IMG/VR virus record: IMGVR_UViG_3300014775_001014
Span: 1 to 39,077 of that record
Origin: a virus
Taxonomy: Duplodnaviria; Caudoviricetes
DNA length: 39,077 nt
Direction: 5' to 3' (one strand)
A program made the position numbers and the translations under genes. Under the pieces are notes generated by a model that did not search any database, was not told where the DNA came from, and saw only the letters and a list, made by a program, of their open reading frames with translations. Position 1 is the first letter of the stretch. The number at the start of each line of letters is the position of its first letter. Below are positions 20,601 to 29,985 of the stretch, in pieces.

Positions 20601-23600
20601 GGAAGCATCTAATTTTAACGTATTAGACGATGCTGGATTAAATAGATTTAAAAATGGATTTATAGTAGACTCCTTTAACAGTGAAATCTCCTCAACCGCA
20701 GACTACTCTAATCCAGAATTTAGGGCTGCTATAGATGCTGAAAATAAAGAACTGAGAGCATTACATTACAGTGACCATGTGGAATTAGAGTATTCCAGTG
20801 ATACTGGTATGCGTCTTTCTGAAGATGGAAAAAGATTAACACTAGACTATGCAGAAACACCTTATATTTTTCAGCCATTTGCATCTAGAACAGAAAACTT
20901 AAATCCATTTGGTGCTTTTGATTGGACTGGTGTTTTAAATCTCATTCCCAGTAGTGATGTTTGGGTAGAAACTAGAAATCTCCCTGCTCAAAGAATAAAT
21001 GTTGAGGGCAACTTTACTGCTGTTGCAAGAACCACTAATACTTCTCCGGTTTGGACTTCTGCTTCTGGGTGGGTGACTAACAGTGCTTGGAGTTCCACAA
21101 TTAGAACATTTTCTAGTACCTCTAGAGTAGCTAGAAGAGATTGGTGGAGAGGGGGAAGACTAATAACAAATACATTTAGAGACACAAGAACTGTAAGAAA
21201 CCAGTCCAGAGTTTTAACTGGATTCAGAAATGTTGTTAGGGCTACTTTCACTAACACAACAACTACTAATCTTGTATCCACAGAAGATATAGATAAAGTA
21301 AGAAGACAATATATTATTATAAACGGAGAAAATCTAAGACCAAATACAAAGTTATCTTTATTTGTAAATAATCTAGATATGGATTCTGAGATTCTATCTT
21401 CTAGATTAAAACTCCAAAATGTCAGTGGAACATTTACTGAGGGTCAAGCTTTTGATGTGTATCGTCAAATAAACAACAGAAATACACTAATAGCTAAGGG
21501 ACAAATATCTTCCTGGAATGACATAGATAGAATATTGGAGTTATCCGAATTAAATAGCCCAAATGGAACTAGAATAGCCACGCCAACAGATACAATACCA
21601 AGGGTTGGTGATACTATAACAGCTATAGATGGGTCTTCAGCAACTATAGAAGAAGATTTAAGAAGTTCTAATGAGAATGGATTATTCAATGCGTTCTTCT
21701 TAGTTCCATTCGATAGATTTGATACAGGAACCATGGAGTTCTTGGTCGTAAACAGTGATAACAAGATTTTGGGGACTGAGAGCGCATTAACCTCTTCCTC
21801 TACCAGAGCAGTTTCAGAATTTCCTGTCAAAGGCACTCTAAACACCTTCAGAGACACCATAGTATCTGTAAGGAACGCCGTAGTAGACAGAGTAAGAATC
21901 AGTACCAGACAAACACGTACTACAGTCACCAACACTAGAAGTCTAATAGCATCTAGAAGATTTGACCCGTTGGCGCAAAGTTTCTTCATTGAACTAGAAG
22001 AAAATTCAAAAAGTACTGGTATATTTGTAACCTCTCTTGACCTTTATTTCGCAACTAAACCCACGGAAGAAACATCAAAGGTTAAAGTAACTATTAGAAC
22101 TGTAGAAAACGGAACCCCGACAGAAACTATAGTACCATTCTCTACAGTCTTAAAATCTCCCTCAGAGATTGCTACTTCTGATGATGGTTCCCTACCAACA
22201 AAATTTGTATTCCCATGTCCAGTTTATCTGAAAAAGGATGCTGAGTATTGTTTTGTTGTGGAGCCTGGCTCTTCTGTAGATTACAATGTGTTCATTTCTC
22301 GATTAGGTGAAGACGACTTAATTACAAACACTAAGATAGATAAACAGCCCTATATAGGGAGTTTATACAAATCCCAAAACCAATCTGTATGGGAACCTTC
22401 TCAGTTTGAAGATTTGAAGTTTGACTTGAATAAAGCTGACTTCTCTAAAAACAGTGACGGTACTGATAAATCTACCTTAGATGGAACTCTAGTATTAACA
22501 AATAAAGAACACCTCCCAGAGTTACTTTTAGTAAATCCTTTAGAGCTTACTCAGGGGTCTTCTCTGGTGAAGGTGATTCATCCCAATCATGGAATGAATC
22601 AAGAGGGAACTAACTACGTTCAAATTAATAATGTAGAAACTAATATTCCAGATGGTGTTTTAGGTACTACTATCACAGACACAAACTTATCTGGCACTGT
22701 AGTTATCGTAACAAATAGCGCAAACTTTCCAGCATCTGGAGATTTGAAAATAGGCGATGATATATTTTCATATACTAGAAGTGGCAACCAATACACTTTA
22801 AATTCTTATGCTCCAGGCTCCCAGCACAATACGGGAGAAGCTGTCGAGTGCTACACTTTGGCAGGTATCTCTTTAAGAGATATAAATTCAGCTACAAAAA
22901 CAGTAAGTCAGGTTATTGACTTAGATAGCTATTACATAACAGTTAGTACAAACGCAACTGCTTCTATAAGGTTTGGTGGAAACCTTGTAACCGCAACTGG
23001 AAATATTCAATACGAAATAATAACTCCATATGTTGAGAATATAACTCCGGATTCCACAAAACTTTCATTATTATTAGACAGTTACACAGCAACTTCAATC
23101 TACAATAAGAGTACTACTGGAGTAGAAGATTCCTACATATTTGTGTCTGCCGATGAATCTATAAAAAATGGGGAAGAAAACCCATTAATCAGCTCTAGAT
23201 TATTGGCATCTTCGATAAATGCTACCCAAAATGGGCTTCCAAACAGCTATTCCATGTCTTTAAATGTCAATTTATCGTCAGAGGATGCTAATGTTTCTCC
23301 ATTAATAGACCTAGAAAGATGTTTTGCAATTACTACTTCAAATAAAATAAACTATGATACCACTTCAAATGATTTAAAGGCTAGTGAAAAAACTGATTGT
23401 GTATATGTAACACAACCAATATCTTTAAAAACTTCTGCAACATCAGCAAAAATCTTAGTTGATATGGTTAGATATGCTGGAAATGAAGTCCAGTGTTTTA
23501 TAAAGACTAGACCAGAAGGAGAAATTAAAGATCTTTCTGAAATTGACTATATAGAAATTCCTATAGAGGGAGAATATCCAATATCAGAAAATTATAATGA

Positions 23601-23733
23601 CTTTAGAGAAACTTCTTATTTTGTAGATAACTTGCCAGAATTTAGAGAGGCAATTATAAAAATAACCATGAAATCTAAGTCTCAGGCATTAGTTCCAAGA
23701 TTAAAACGTTTTAGAGGATTGCTATTAACATAA
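17644..23733 (+). CDS. Large virion structural protein, VrlC/DUF4815-like, 2029 aa
   Basis: TNLNITPYHDDFD, QTRELNGIQSLLQSQIE, RYTMKDI...NLEYYTTLNLLE, NRFKNGFIVDSF, DPLAQSF, GSLYKSQN..W..SQFEDLKF. Confidence 0.85.
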   Translation: MISTNLNITPYHDDFDLEDLYFKYLFKSGDTIQTRELNGIQSLLQSQIEKLGNYVFTEGSVVVPGHATADTQAIAIPLNAFVSGVSVDDYIETLKGKEITGLSTKIKAKILEVLKGEDSEISRPTLYIRYMNSSPEDGGQTFVDNEYLEYDGNIIGSVSYVNGVNSTGITAKVQSGIYFVRGLFVETEDQSIIVEQYGNSGSYKIGFFVEETIISALEDPSLFDNALGSENDTVSGADRLKLVLKFGSLDIGTNSNENFIELLRVSNGVVVSKKEESVKSVVSTELQKSLARTVYNQSGNFVVEPFTVSSKYTLNDFENNGLYKLYTYSADGKLVRTSDTANPDEINGNKYITLDMSAGEAYVMGFPIVKKNNTLINVNRPNFSQSKNNDTTVMVGGTYIQAPTNIEESVSDSGYENIVFLDNSSIEIGKAKALGLTENNKLFISNISFYTKVVVSDATGITNKGIVTGLTSGAKGFIEVVDGTDLYLSNVSGTFSIGETLEFSNFALTPTVSSTESYTNTSVEHVRKSDGTTNIFSTGGDGLVFLYQQKERFAQILEEDNSVVNDLSYYYSKVFSWDGVTPLDNSEPFLGTGLLVNNTSNESINVSIASDGTVSGNGGISDGTIYAKVLKGAPTAKTKTDRINKILKVDSTAIGDFYGTRYTDNEISLGVPSVYDILSVREVNDSANLLTGFSSVTVNDASGLAVGGKIFGVKSDSAVEIVFISLNTVYFVSLNENKFINGESIYYIWDDTLTSLSITGDVVDGYFTEIRDRFDLIENQNDDSYGISYLKLKEDYTKPSSDIVIVYSYHEHGNTGNYFTVSSYSGSYDNLKSYRGLYLSDIIDFRLSPSSYVNNTGVLTDPFTLVQDETLNINSLSFDDTDFVYPDSILTFDHTYYLPRFDVLYLRSDGQFDFREGDYSLEPRVPNSPEDALVLFEIYYPGYIRNLSQIKFRAFSYPRYTMKDIAAIDNRVNNLEYYTTLNLLETEASNFNVLDDAGLNRFKNGFIVDSFNSEISSTADYSNPEFRAAIDAENKELRALHYSDHVELEYSSDTGMRLSEDGKRLTLDYAETPYIFQPFASRTENLNPFGAFDWTGVLNLIPSSDVWVETRNLPAQRINVEGNFTAVARTTNTSPVWTSASGWVTNSAWSSTIRTFSSTSRVARRDWWRGGRLITNTFRDTRTVRNQSRVLTGFRNVVRATFTNTTTTNLVSTEDIDKVRRQYIIINGENLRPNTKLSLFVNNLDMDSEILSSRLKLQNVSGTFTEGQAFDVYRQINNRNTLIAKGQISSWNDIDRILELSELNSPNGTRIATPTDTIPRVGDTITAIDGSSATIEEDLRSSNENGLFNAFFLVPFDRFDTGTMEFLVVNSDNKILGTESALTSSSTRAVSEFPVKGTLNTFRDTIVSVRNAVVDRVRISTRQTRTTVTNTRSLIASRRFDPLAQSFFIELEENSKSTGIFVTSLDLYFATKPTEETSKVKVTIRTVENGTPTETIVPFSTVLKSPSEIATSDDGSLPTKFVFPCPVYLKKDAEYCFVVEPGSSVDYNVFISRLGEDDLITNTKIDKQPYIGSLYKSQNQSVWEPSQFEDLKFDLNKADFSKNSDGTDKSTLDGTLVLTNKEHLPELLLVNPLELTQGSSLVKVIHPNHGMNQEGTNYVQINNVETNIPDGVLGTTITDTNLSGTVVIVTNSANFPASGDLKIGDDIFSYTRSGNQYTLNSYAPGSQHNTGEAVECYTLAGISLRDINSATKTVSQVIDLDSYYITVSTNATASIRFGGNLVTATGNIQYEIITPYVENITPDSTKLSLLLDSYTATSIYNKSTTGVEDSYIFVSADESIKNGEENPLISSRLLASSINATQNGLPNSYSMSLNVNLSSEDANVSPLIDLERCFAITTSNKINYDTTSNDLKASEKTDCVYVTQPISLKTSATSAKILVDMVRYAGNEVQCFIKTRPEGEIKDLSEIDYIEIPIEGEYPISENYNDFRETSYFVDNLPEFREAIIKITMKSKSQALVPRLKRFRGLLLT

Positions 23734-23734
23734 A

Positions 23735-23965
23735 ATGATAAAAGTAAAAGGACAACCAAACCTCGAAAGAACATTAGAGAATGCCATAATCAACACAGAC
23801 ATCTCAGAGTATGAAAAATACAAAAACTTGAAGAGAGCTAGGTTAAAACAAAGGTCGGAAATAGAAAACATTAAATCTGATATAAAGAATATCAATGAGA
23901 AGCTTGATAATATAGCAGAAGTACTAAAATCTATCAGTGATAAAAATGGCGGTAGTAAAGACTAG
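23735..23965 (+). CDS. Small coiled-coil protein upstream of gp13
   Basis: KVKGQPNLER...AIINTD..EY plus heptad C-terminus; usual position in cyanomyoviruses. Confidence 0.75.
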   Translation: MIKVKGQPNLERTLENAIINTDISEYEKYKNLKRARLKQRSEIENIKSDIKNINEKLDNIAEVLKSISDKNGGSKD

Positions 23966-24749
23966 GGAAGAGTTAAAGGATTATTGTTTAAGGAGGCTTG
24001 GCGCACCTCTCTTAGAAATAAACGTGGCTCCTGAACAGATTGAAGACTGTATCGATGATACTATTCAATTATGGCAGGAAAGATGCTACGACGGCTACGA
24101 AAGAACCTTCCTTAAATATCAAATAACTCAAGAAGACAAAGACAGATTCAACTTTAATGAAGATGTTAAAGTTTCTGATGGATTAAATTTTGAAGAGGGT
24201 CTTGGTGGATATCTGATAGTTCCTGACCACATTATCGGGATAGAAAAAATTTGGAAATTTAGTGGAAAAAGATTCATAGACATGTTTGGCTATGGATTAG
24301 GATATCACTTTTTTATGGACTCTGGTTATAATTTCCACAGTAGAGATTTAACTAATTATGTCATAACCTTTGAATATCTAGAAACTATAGACTGGATATT
24401 AAATAATGAAATTCCAATCAGATATAACAAAACTAAAAATAAGCTGTATATAGATGTGGATTGGAATGAATATAAAGTTGGAGATTATTTATTAATAGAA
24501 TGCTTTAGAGCTTTAGACCCAGAACAACACAAAAAAATTTACAATGAAAGGTTTGTTAAATCCTATGCCACCGCATTGATAAAACGGCAATGGGGCGCAA
24601 ATCTTAGAAAGTTTTCAAATGTTTCTCTACCAGGAAATATTCAGTATAATGCAGACGCTATATATCAGGATGCTGTGGAAGAGCTGAGAGAACTTAAAGA
24701 TGAAATGAAAAATACTTGGGAAACTATACCATTAGATATGATTGGTTAA
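23946..24749 (+). CDS. gp13: Neck protein gp13
   Basis: TREELKDYCLRRLGAPLLEINV, YATALIKRQWGANLRKF, PLDMIG; start at ATG 23946. Confidence 0.95.
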   Translation: MAVVKTREELKDYCLRRLGAPLLEINVAPEQIEDCIDDTIQLWQERCYDGYERTFLKYQITQEDKDRFNFNEDVKVSDGLNFEEGLGGYLIVPDHIIGIEKIWKFSGKRFIDMFGYGLGYHFFMDSGYNFHSRDLTNYVITFEYLETIDWILNNEIPIRYNKTKNKLYIDVDWNEYKVGDYLLIECFRALDPEQHKKIYNERFVKSYATALIKRQWGANLRKFSNVSLPGNIQYNADAIYQDAVEELRELKDEMKNTWETIPLDMIG

Positions 24750-24753
24750 TGAT

Positions 24754-25614
24754 ATGAAGAATCCCTATTTTTCCTATGGAACCCCAGAAGAACAAAAGTT
24801 GTATAGCGACTTGGTTAGAGAAGCTATCGAAATATATGGAGCTAATTGCTACTATATTCCGAGGAAGCTTGTTACTTATGACGATTTATTTGGAGAGGAC
24901 ATTAATTCCTCGTTTGATGAATCTTATATTATTGATCTTTATCTCGAATCCTATCAGAATTTTGAGGGACAAGGCGACTTGTTTACGAAATTCGGAGTCC
25001 AAATAAATGACCAAGCAGTCTTCACGGTTTCTAGAATGAAATGGGAGATGACACTTCAGGATTCTAATAACCTTATATCTTCCAAAAGACCGAATGAGGG
25101 AGATTTAATCTATTATCCACTTTCTAAAAGTCTATTTCAAATAGTTTTTGTTGAGCATGAGGAACCTTTCTGGCAAATAGCAGACGTTCAGATGTATAAA
25201 CTTAGATGTGAGTTGTTTACTTACTCTCAAGAAAGCTTACCAAAAACACCAGAACTTTTAGATTTCAAAACAAAATATTCTTTTGCTATAACATTAACAT
25301 TAAGTAATATAACAGGAACTTTTGTTAAAAATGAAAATATAGTTTCAGATACATTTGAAGCCATTGTTTCTGAATTTAACGTAGATACTGGAGAATTGAA
25401 GGTACACTCAAGAAATGAAAATCCTGTAGAGGGTGCAGAGCTTCAAGGTTTGTTGTCTGGTGCTACCGGAACTATAACTGCATTTAAAACTATGGATGAG
25501 ACATCCAGACCAGAGGATAGTGATAACTTGTACCTGGAAACTAAAAATGCTGAGCAATGGGAATATGAAGAAGATAATGCCTTTGGTGAGTTTCAATTAG
25601 ACGGGAATTTTTAA
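24754..25614 (+). CDS. gp14: Neck protein gp14
   Basis: EAIEIYG..CYYIPR, FEGQGDLFTKFG, RPNEGDLIYYP, FVEHEEPFWQ, YKLRCELFTYS. Confidence 0.95.
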   Translation: MKNPYFSYGTPEEQKLYSDLVREAIEIYGANCYYIPRKLVTYDDLFGEDINSSFDESYIIDLYLESYQNFEGQGDLFTKFGVQINDQAVFTVSRMKWEMTLQDSNNLISSKRPNEGDLIYYPLSKSLFQIVFVEHEEPFWQIADVQMYKLRCELFTYSQESLPKTPELLDFKTKYSFAITLTLSNITGTFVKNENIVSDTFEAIVSEFNVDTGELKVHSRNENPVEGAELQGLLSGATGTITAFKTMDETSRPEDSDNLYLETKNAEQWEYEEDNAFGEFQLDGNF

Positions 25615-25623
25615 TAGATTAAA

Positions 25624-26439
25624 ATGTTTCAACCATCTCTTTATAATAGGTCTATAAAAAAATGTATAATAGCACTGGGTACTTTATTCAATAATATTGA
25701 ACTCACCAAGTATGATGAGAATGGGAATCCCACTAAAAAGTTTAAAGTTCCTTTAAAGTACTCTTCAAAAGACAAGTTAATACAAAGGGTATTAAGCAAT
25801 CCAGATTTAATGAAAGATAACGATCCAATGTTAGTTCTTCCTAGAATGGCATTTAATATAATAAATATAAGCTATGATAATTCGAGAAAACTAAATATTA
25901 TACAGAGGATAGCTGGAGATAAGCTGGATGGCATTGGACAAGATGTTTATTTTTCTCCTGCACCTTATAATATTGGATTTGAATTAAATATACTTTCAAA
26001 AAATAATGATGAAGCACTAGAAATAGTTGAGCAAATACTTCCGCTATTTCAACCGTGTTTCTTTGTGACTATTCAGATAGCTGAAAATTATAATGAGAGG
26101 AGAGATTTATCTATAAGTTTAACCTCTGTAAATTTCCAAGATAACTTTGAAAGTGGCTTTGATAATGTCAGGACTGTTCTTTACACTTTAAATTTTGAAG
26201 TAAAGACATTTTTAATGAATCGTTCTGACGAAAAATCTTCCCTGATTAAAAGTGCTATCGTTGATATATTTGCCGGCATAAACGCATCAGAAAGCACCGC
26301 TAGGAGACGTTATACTGCAGAGGCTAAATCACTACAAGACTATAACGAAGACGGCGTTATAGACGATTTAGACGACGATCTGATACCTTTAGGTGATGAT
26401 TACAAAACTATAGAAATCTGGAGTGATTTTGATGGATGA
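25624..26439 (+). CDS. gp15: Tail sheath stabiliser / tail terminator gp15
   Basis: LGTLFNNI, KVPLKY, LPRMAF, PAPYNIGFEL, EQILPLFQP. Confidence 0.95.
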   Translation: MFQPSLYNRSIKKCIIALGTLFNNIELTKYDENGNPTKKFKVPLKYSSKDKLIQRVLSNPDLMKDNDPMLVLPRMAFNIINISYDNSRKLNIIQRIAGDKLDGIGQDVYFSPAPYNIGFELNILSKNNDEALEIVEQILPLFQPCFFVTIQIAENYNERRDLSISLTSVNFQDNFESGFDNVRTVLYTLNFEVKTFLMNRSDEKSSLIKSAIVDIFAGINASESTARRRYTAEAKSLQDYNEDGVIDDLDDDLIPLGDDYKTIEIWSDFDG

Positions 26440-26845
26440 AAAAATAGTTAAATGCGATGATGCGAAGGAAGCCCCAGAATTAATTTTTAATGGGGAACAC
26501 CTAAAGGAAGATTACGAATATTCCAGACAAACCCTATTAGAAATAATAGAACAAGGAAAGACAGCTATAGGAGATGCTTTACTTATTGCTCAAGCTTCTG
26601 AACAACCAAGAGCCTTTGAGGTTTTGTCCAATTTAATTAAAACAGTTGGAGATGTTTCTGATAAATTTTTAAATTTACAAGAAAAACTAAAAAATATTGA
26701 AAGTAAAGAGAGAGAAGTCAAAGAATATATAGAGCATACAACAAACAACAATTCACTTTTTGTTGGTTCTACTTCAGAGCTTTTTGAAGCTCTATTTGAT
26801 AAAAAAAACAATCAAATGTTAGAGAATGAGAACACTTCCAAATGA
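26432..26845 (+). CDS. gp16: Terminase small subunit gp16
   Basis: DYEYSR..L..IIEQG, PRAFEV...LIKTV, TNNNSLFVGSTSEL; start at ATG 26432. Confidence 0.92.
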   Translation: MDEKIVKCDDAKEAPELIFNGEHLKEDYEYSRQTLLEIIEQGKTAIGDALLIAQASEQPRAFEVLSNLIKTVGDVSDKFLNLQEKLKNIESKEREVKEYIEHTTNNNSLFVGSTSELFEALFDKKNNQMLENENTSK

Positions 26846-27176
26846 CTATACAGCAATTTATGACTTCCCCCCTCTGAAAAGAGGGGATAGCTTCGATCCA
26901 AAAAATTTTGAGATTCTAATAAATGGCGACCCACCACTTCATGAAATAACAGAAGTAAAACTAGAATTAAGAAAACATAAGAAAGTATATAAAAGATATA
27001 TAAATACTGATAACAGCATAGTGATTACTGGCCCTGGAACCTTTTATATTCCAGGTCACATCTTAGATATTCCAGAGGGCGAATATAATTATGACCTTCA
27101 AATTACATATGCAAATTCAGTTGTTAAGACTTATATGAAAGGTATATGGAAAATATGGGAGGATTATACTAAATGA
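26826..27176 (+). CDS. Small Ig-like fibre adaptor/attachment protein (BppU N-terminal-like)
   Basis: KRGDSF...GEYNYDLQIT...VKTYMKG.W pattern, typical of small proteins preceding phage fibres; ATGA overlap with the fibre gene. Confidence 0.55.
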   Translation: MRTLPNDYTAIYDFPPLKRGDSFDPKNFEILINGDPPLHEITEVKLELRKHKKVYKRYINTDNSIVITGPGTFYIPGHILDIPEGEYNYDLQITYANSVVKTYMKGIWKIWEDYTK

Positions 27177-29500
27177 GCCCTACAAATATTAGTCTTCTTG
27201 GGAACGATAACCCAGACCTGATAACTATAAATGTTATCGATGGTGTTCCTCACAATCCAGTATCGACAGTTGATAGTCCTGAAATTGCTCTAACTTTAAA
27301 TAATCAGGAGTTAACTGCTAATATAAATAATTATTCTGTAGAAGAGATAAAGTTATCTACAGAATTGGCAGAAAAAATAAATGATACATCTTTTGTTGGT
27401 AGTGTTACAGTAAGCAATACTAGCGGAGTATTTTTAGAAAAAGGAACTCCGGTATTTATATCTGGAAATGACGGAACCAACATAGAAGTTGGGAAAGCAG
27501 ATATTAACAACTCAGCAAATTTAATTCTTGATGAAGATATTATAGCAGGTAATACTGGCTCTGCTAAGCTCTACGGTACAGTAAACGATATATCTGTTAT
27601 AGATGCCTCAATATACTCCCCAGGTGATATTTTATGGCTTGCTGAGACTGGTGGTTTAACCAATATAAAGCCCTCTACAACTACCGTCCAGAGAATAGGT
27701 GTAATTACTTCTTCAGACCCTTTAAATAACCTTATAGGAATATTTTTCTATAATGACCTTACTGTAGGTGATGTTGCCCTCACTAGCATAACAGATTATG
27801 CCACATCAGCACAAGGCGCTTTAGCTGATTCTGCTTTGCAACCAGAGGATATAGGTGTATCCGTTCAAGGTTTCTCCACAATTTTAGATAACACTACAGA
27901 ATCTTTTATAACTGAACATAAAGACAAAATAGACTTAATATCGGTGACGGAGCCTGTAGATTTAGATGTAGCAAAGCCAAATTATATAGACGAATATAGA
28001 GACTCTTCTGTAGGGGTCAATGATGTAATTCCTGTTCATTATTTTGGTGCTTTTGGTGCAGAAACAAATATTGACACTGCTATTTTACCTAAGGGAGATG
28101 GTAGTTTCAGTTTAGATGTACCTGATGGTACTGTCACTGGTGGTAATAAGAGAGGAAGACAATCTGTAGATTTACAACAAAGTAGACTTACTGCTAACCA
28201 AGTAGCTTCTGGGGATTTATCATTTGCCGCCGGTTACAGAAATACAGTTACCACTGATGGCTTCGCTTTAGGGTTTAGTAATACTACTAATGCTGAAAAG
28301 GGAGGCGCTATTGGTGCTGGAAATAGTGTCGATGGTTATTCTTCAGTAGCTATTGGTTTAAATAATACCATTACTAATAGTAGTGGTATAGGTAGAAATT
28401 ATATATTTGGTAGCTCTAATACACTAAGTGACACCGATTATGCGGTTTTATTAGGAACAGGTAATACTATTCAAAGTGCTAGTGCTTATTCTACGGTAGC
28501 TGGTGGCAGAGCTAGTACTATAGACGGAAGTACTTATAGCTTTATAGGTTCTTCTAATATTAGTAGTATCACAAACTCTGCAAACAGTTCTATTGTTAGT
28601 GCTAATGGAGCTTCTATAGTCAATAGTAGAGATTCTTTTATAGGTGTTGGGCTTGGTTTAAGTATTACTGATTCTGCATATAGCTCTATACTTTCTGGTC
28701 AAAATAATGCTATTGATCCTGGAGGTTCAAATTCTAATTATTCTACTATAGTAGGTGGATTTGGTAATAATATTAGTGAAGGGCCTAGAAGTGCACTTCT
28801 GGGGGGAGTTAATAATATAGTTACAGGATTTAATTCTGCAATCCTTGCTGGTGATAGTAATACTATAAATGGAAATAATAATGTTGCTTCTGGGTTCCAA
28901 AATAATGTTACTGGTGGGCGCTCTTTTGCTTTTGGTTCGGAAAATCAAATAAATGCTAGTTATTCTATTTCATTAGGTTCTGCTAATGAAATTACCACTG
29001 ATAGAACTATCGTCTTAGGTGATAATGGTAAATCCTTCATTCCTTTTAGTTCTATATTTTCTTCGGGGTCAGAAGTAAGTACAGGAGATTCCCAAAGAGT
29101 TGAATTATTACTTAGAAATGTAACAGTAGATAACACTACAGCTACTTTATTAACTACTACTAGTGCAAATACATTTTCTAATAACAATACATTAGTGCCT
29201 CAGGATAATTCTGTAATGGCTGTTGAATGCAGAGTAACAGCAATTCAACAAGGAACTACAAATATTGCCGAATGGATAGTTAAATTTACCTTAGCTAAAG
29301 GAGTAGGAGCAGGAACTATTGTTTCTAAAGGTATTGTAGATGTAGTAGAAAGACATAACGATTTAGGATTAAATATTGATGAAACTTCGTTATTTGTAGA
29401 TGCTACAAATGGTGGAGCTACTTTAAGAGTTTATGGTTTAGCAGCTACTAATATTAAATGGTTAGCTCATTGTGTATGTACTGAAAATATTTACGTTTAG
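27173..29500 (+). CDS. Fibre/spike protein with Ser/Gly/Asn-rich beta-helix (YadA-head-like) repeats
   Basis: DYATSAQGALADSALQP fibre motif; many ~14-16 aa 'S.I.GG..N.I' repeats in the C-terminal half. Confidence 0.75.
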   Translation: MSPTNISLLGNDNPDLITINVIDGVPHNPVSTVDSPEIALTLNNQELTANINNYSVEEIKLSTELAEKINDTSFVGSVTVSNTSGVFLEKGTPVFISGNDGTNIEVGKADINNSANLILDEDIIAGNTGSAKLYGTVNDISVIDASIYSPGDILWLAETGGLTNIKPSTTTVQRIGVITSSDPLNNLIGIFFYNDLTVGDVALTSITDYATSAQGALADSALQPEDIGVSVQGFSTILDNTTESFITEHKDKIDLISVTEPVDLDVAKPNYIDEYRDSSVGVNDVIPVHYFGAFGAETNIDTAILPKGDGSFSLDVPDGTVTGGNKRGRQSVDLQQSRLTANQVASGDLSFAAGYRNTVTTDGFALGFSNTTNAEKGGAIGAGNSVDGYSSVAIGLNNTITNSSGIGRNYIFGSSNTLSDTDYAVLLGTGNTIQSASAYSTVAGGRASTIDGSTYSFIGSSNISSITNSANSSIVSANGASIVNSRDSFIGVGLGLSITDSAYSSILSGQNNAIDPGGSNSNYSTIVGGFGNNISEGPRSALLGGVNNIVTGFNSAILAGDSNTINGNNNVASGFQNNVTGGRSFAFGSENQINASYSISLGSANEITTDRTIVLGDNGKSFIPFSSIFSSGSEVSTGDSQRVELLLRNVTVDNTTATLLTTTSANTFSNNNTLVPQDNSVMAVECRVTAIQQGTTNIAEWIVKFTLAKGVGAGTIVSKGIVDVVERHNDLGLNIDETSLFVDATNGGATLRVYGLAATNIKWLAHCVCTENIYV

Positions 29501-29512
29501 GTGAGAGAGATT

Positions 29513-29605
29513 TTAACTGACGGTGGGGGTGTGGGGGAGGCTATAAGTCCCACGCTCTAATCTGTGATTGAGCGTTGGGATACATGGACATTCCCCACAA
29601 ACAAT
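29513..29605 (+). repeat. 93-bp direct repeat copy 1 (IS200/IS605 left end)
   Basis: TTAACTGACGGTGGGGGTGTGGGGGAGGCTATAAGTCCCACGCTCTAATCTGTGATTGAGCGTTGGGATACATGGACATTCCCCACAAACAAT. Confidence 0.92.
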
Positions 29606-29612
29606 GGCTATG

Positions 29613-29621
29613 TGCTATAAT
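29613..29621 (+). promoter_or_regulatory. Extended -10 promoter (tnpB promoter)
   Basis: TG-C-TATAAT, a perfect extended -10, just inside left end copy 1. Confidence 0.65.
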
Positions 29622-29648
29622 TTTATCACTAGGTCACTTTATGGCAAT

Positions 29649-29886
29649 ATGCTTAGAGCGAATCAATACCAAGAAACCAACCAATCAAGCCATTGGTTTA
29701 GACTTAGGCATCTCCCATTTCTACACCGATTCTGACGGTAATCAAGTCGATTATCCCCAATACCTAAGACAGTCTGAAAAGCAACTAAAGCGGGAACAGA
29801 GACGATTATCCAAGAAACAAAAAGGTTCTAAGAATCGAGCTAAGGCGAGGAATCGCCTGGGTCACAGACATCTAAAAATTCAACGC
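29649..29886 (+). pseudogene. tnpB: Internally deleted and 3'-truncated TnpB (IS605 OrfB) fragment
   Basis: PTNQAIGLDLGISHFYTDSDG (RuvC-I) and YLRQSEKQLKREQRRLSKKQKGSKNRAKARNRL (bridge-helix region); RuvC-II/III and zinc ribbon absent; probable original start ATG-CTT-AGA-GCG (MLRA) at 29649 is out of frame. Confidence 0.88.
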
Positions 29887-29985
29887 CATTTCGTTCTTTC
29901 TAATCCTGTTTTTATGGCTTTTTCCAAGGTTACTCCATACTTACGATTTGATTTCGCAAGTATCTATTCAATATCAATCAAGGTT

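Noticed and set aside
20990-21960. Thr/Arg-rich segments in the VrlC-like protein as an insertion
   Set aside because: Such segments before DPLAQ are a usual feature of this family as I recall it
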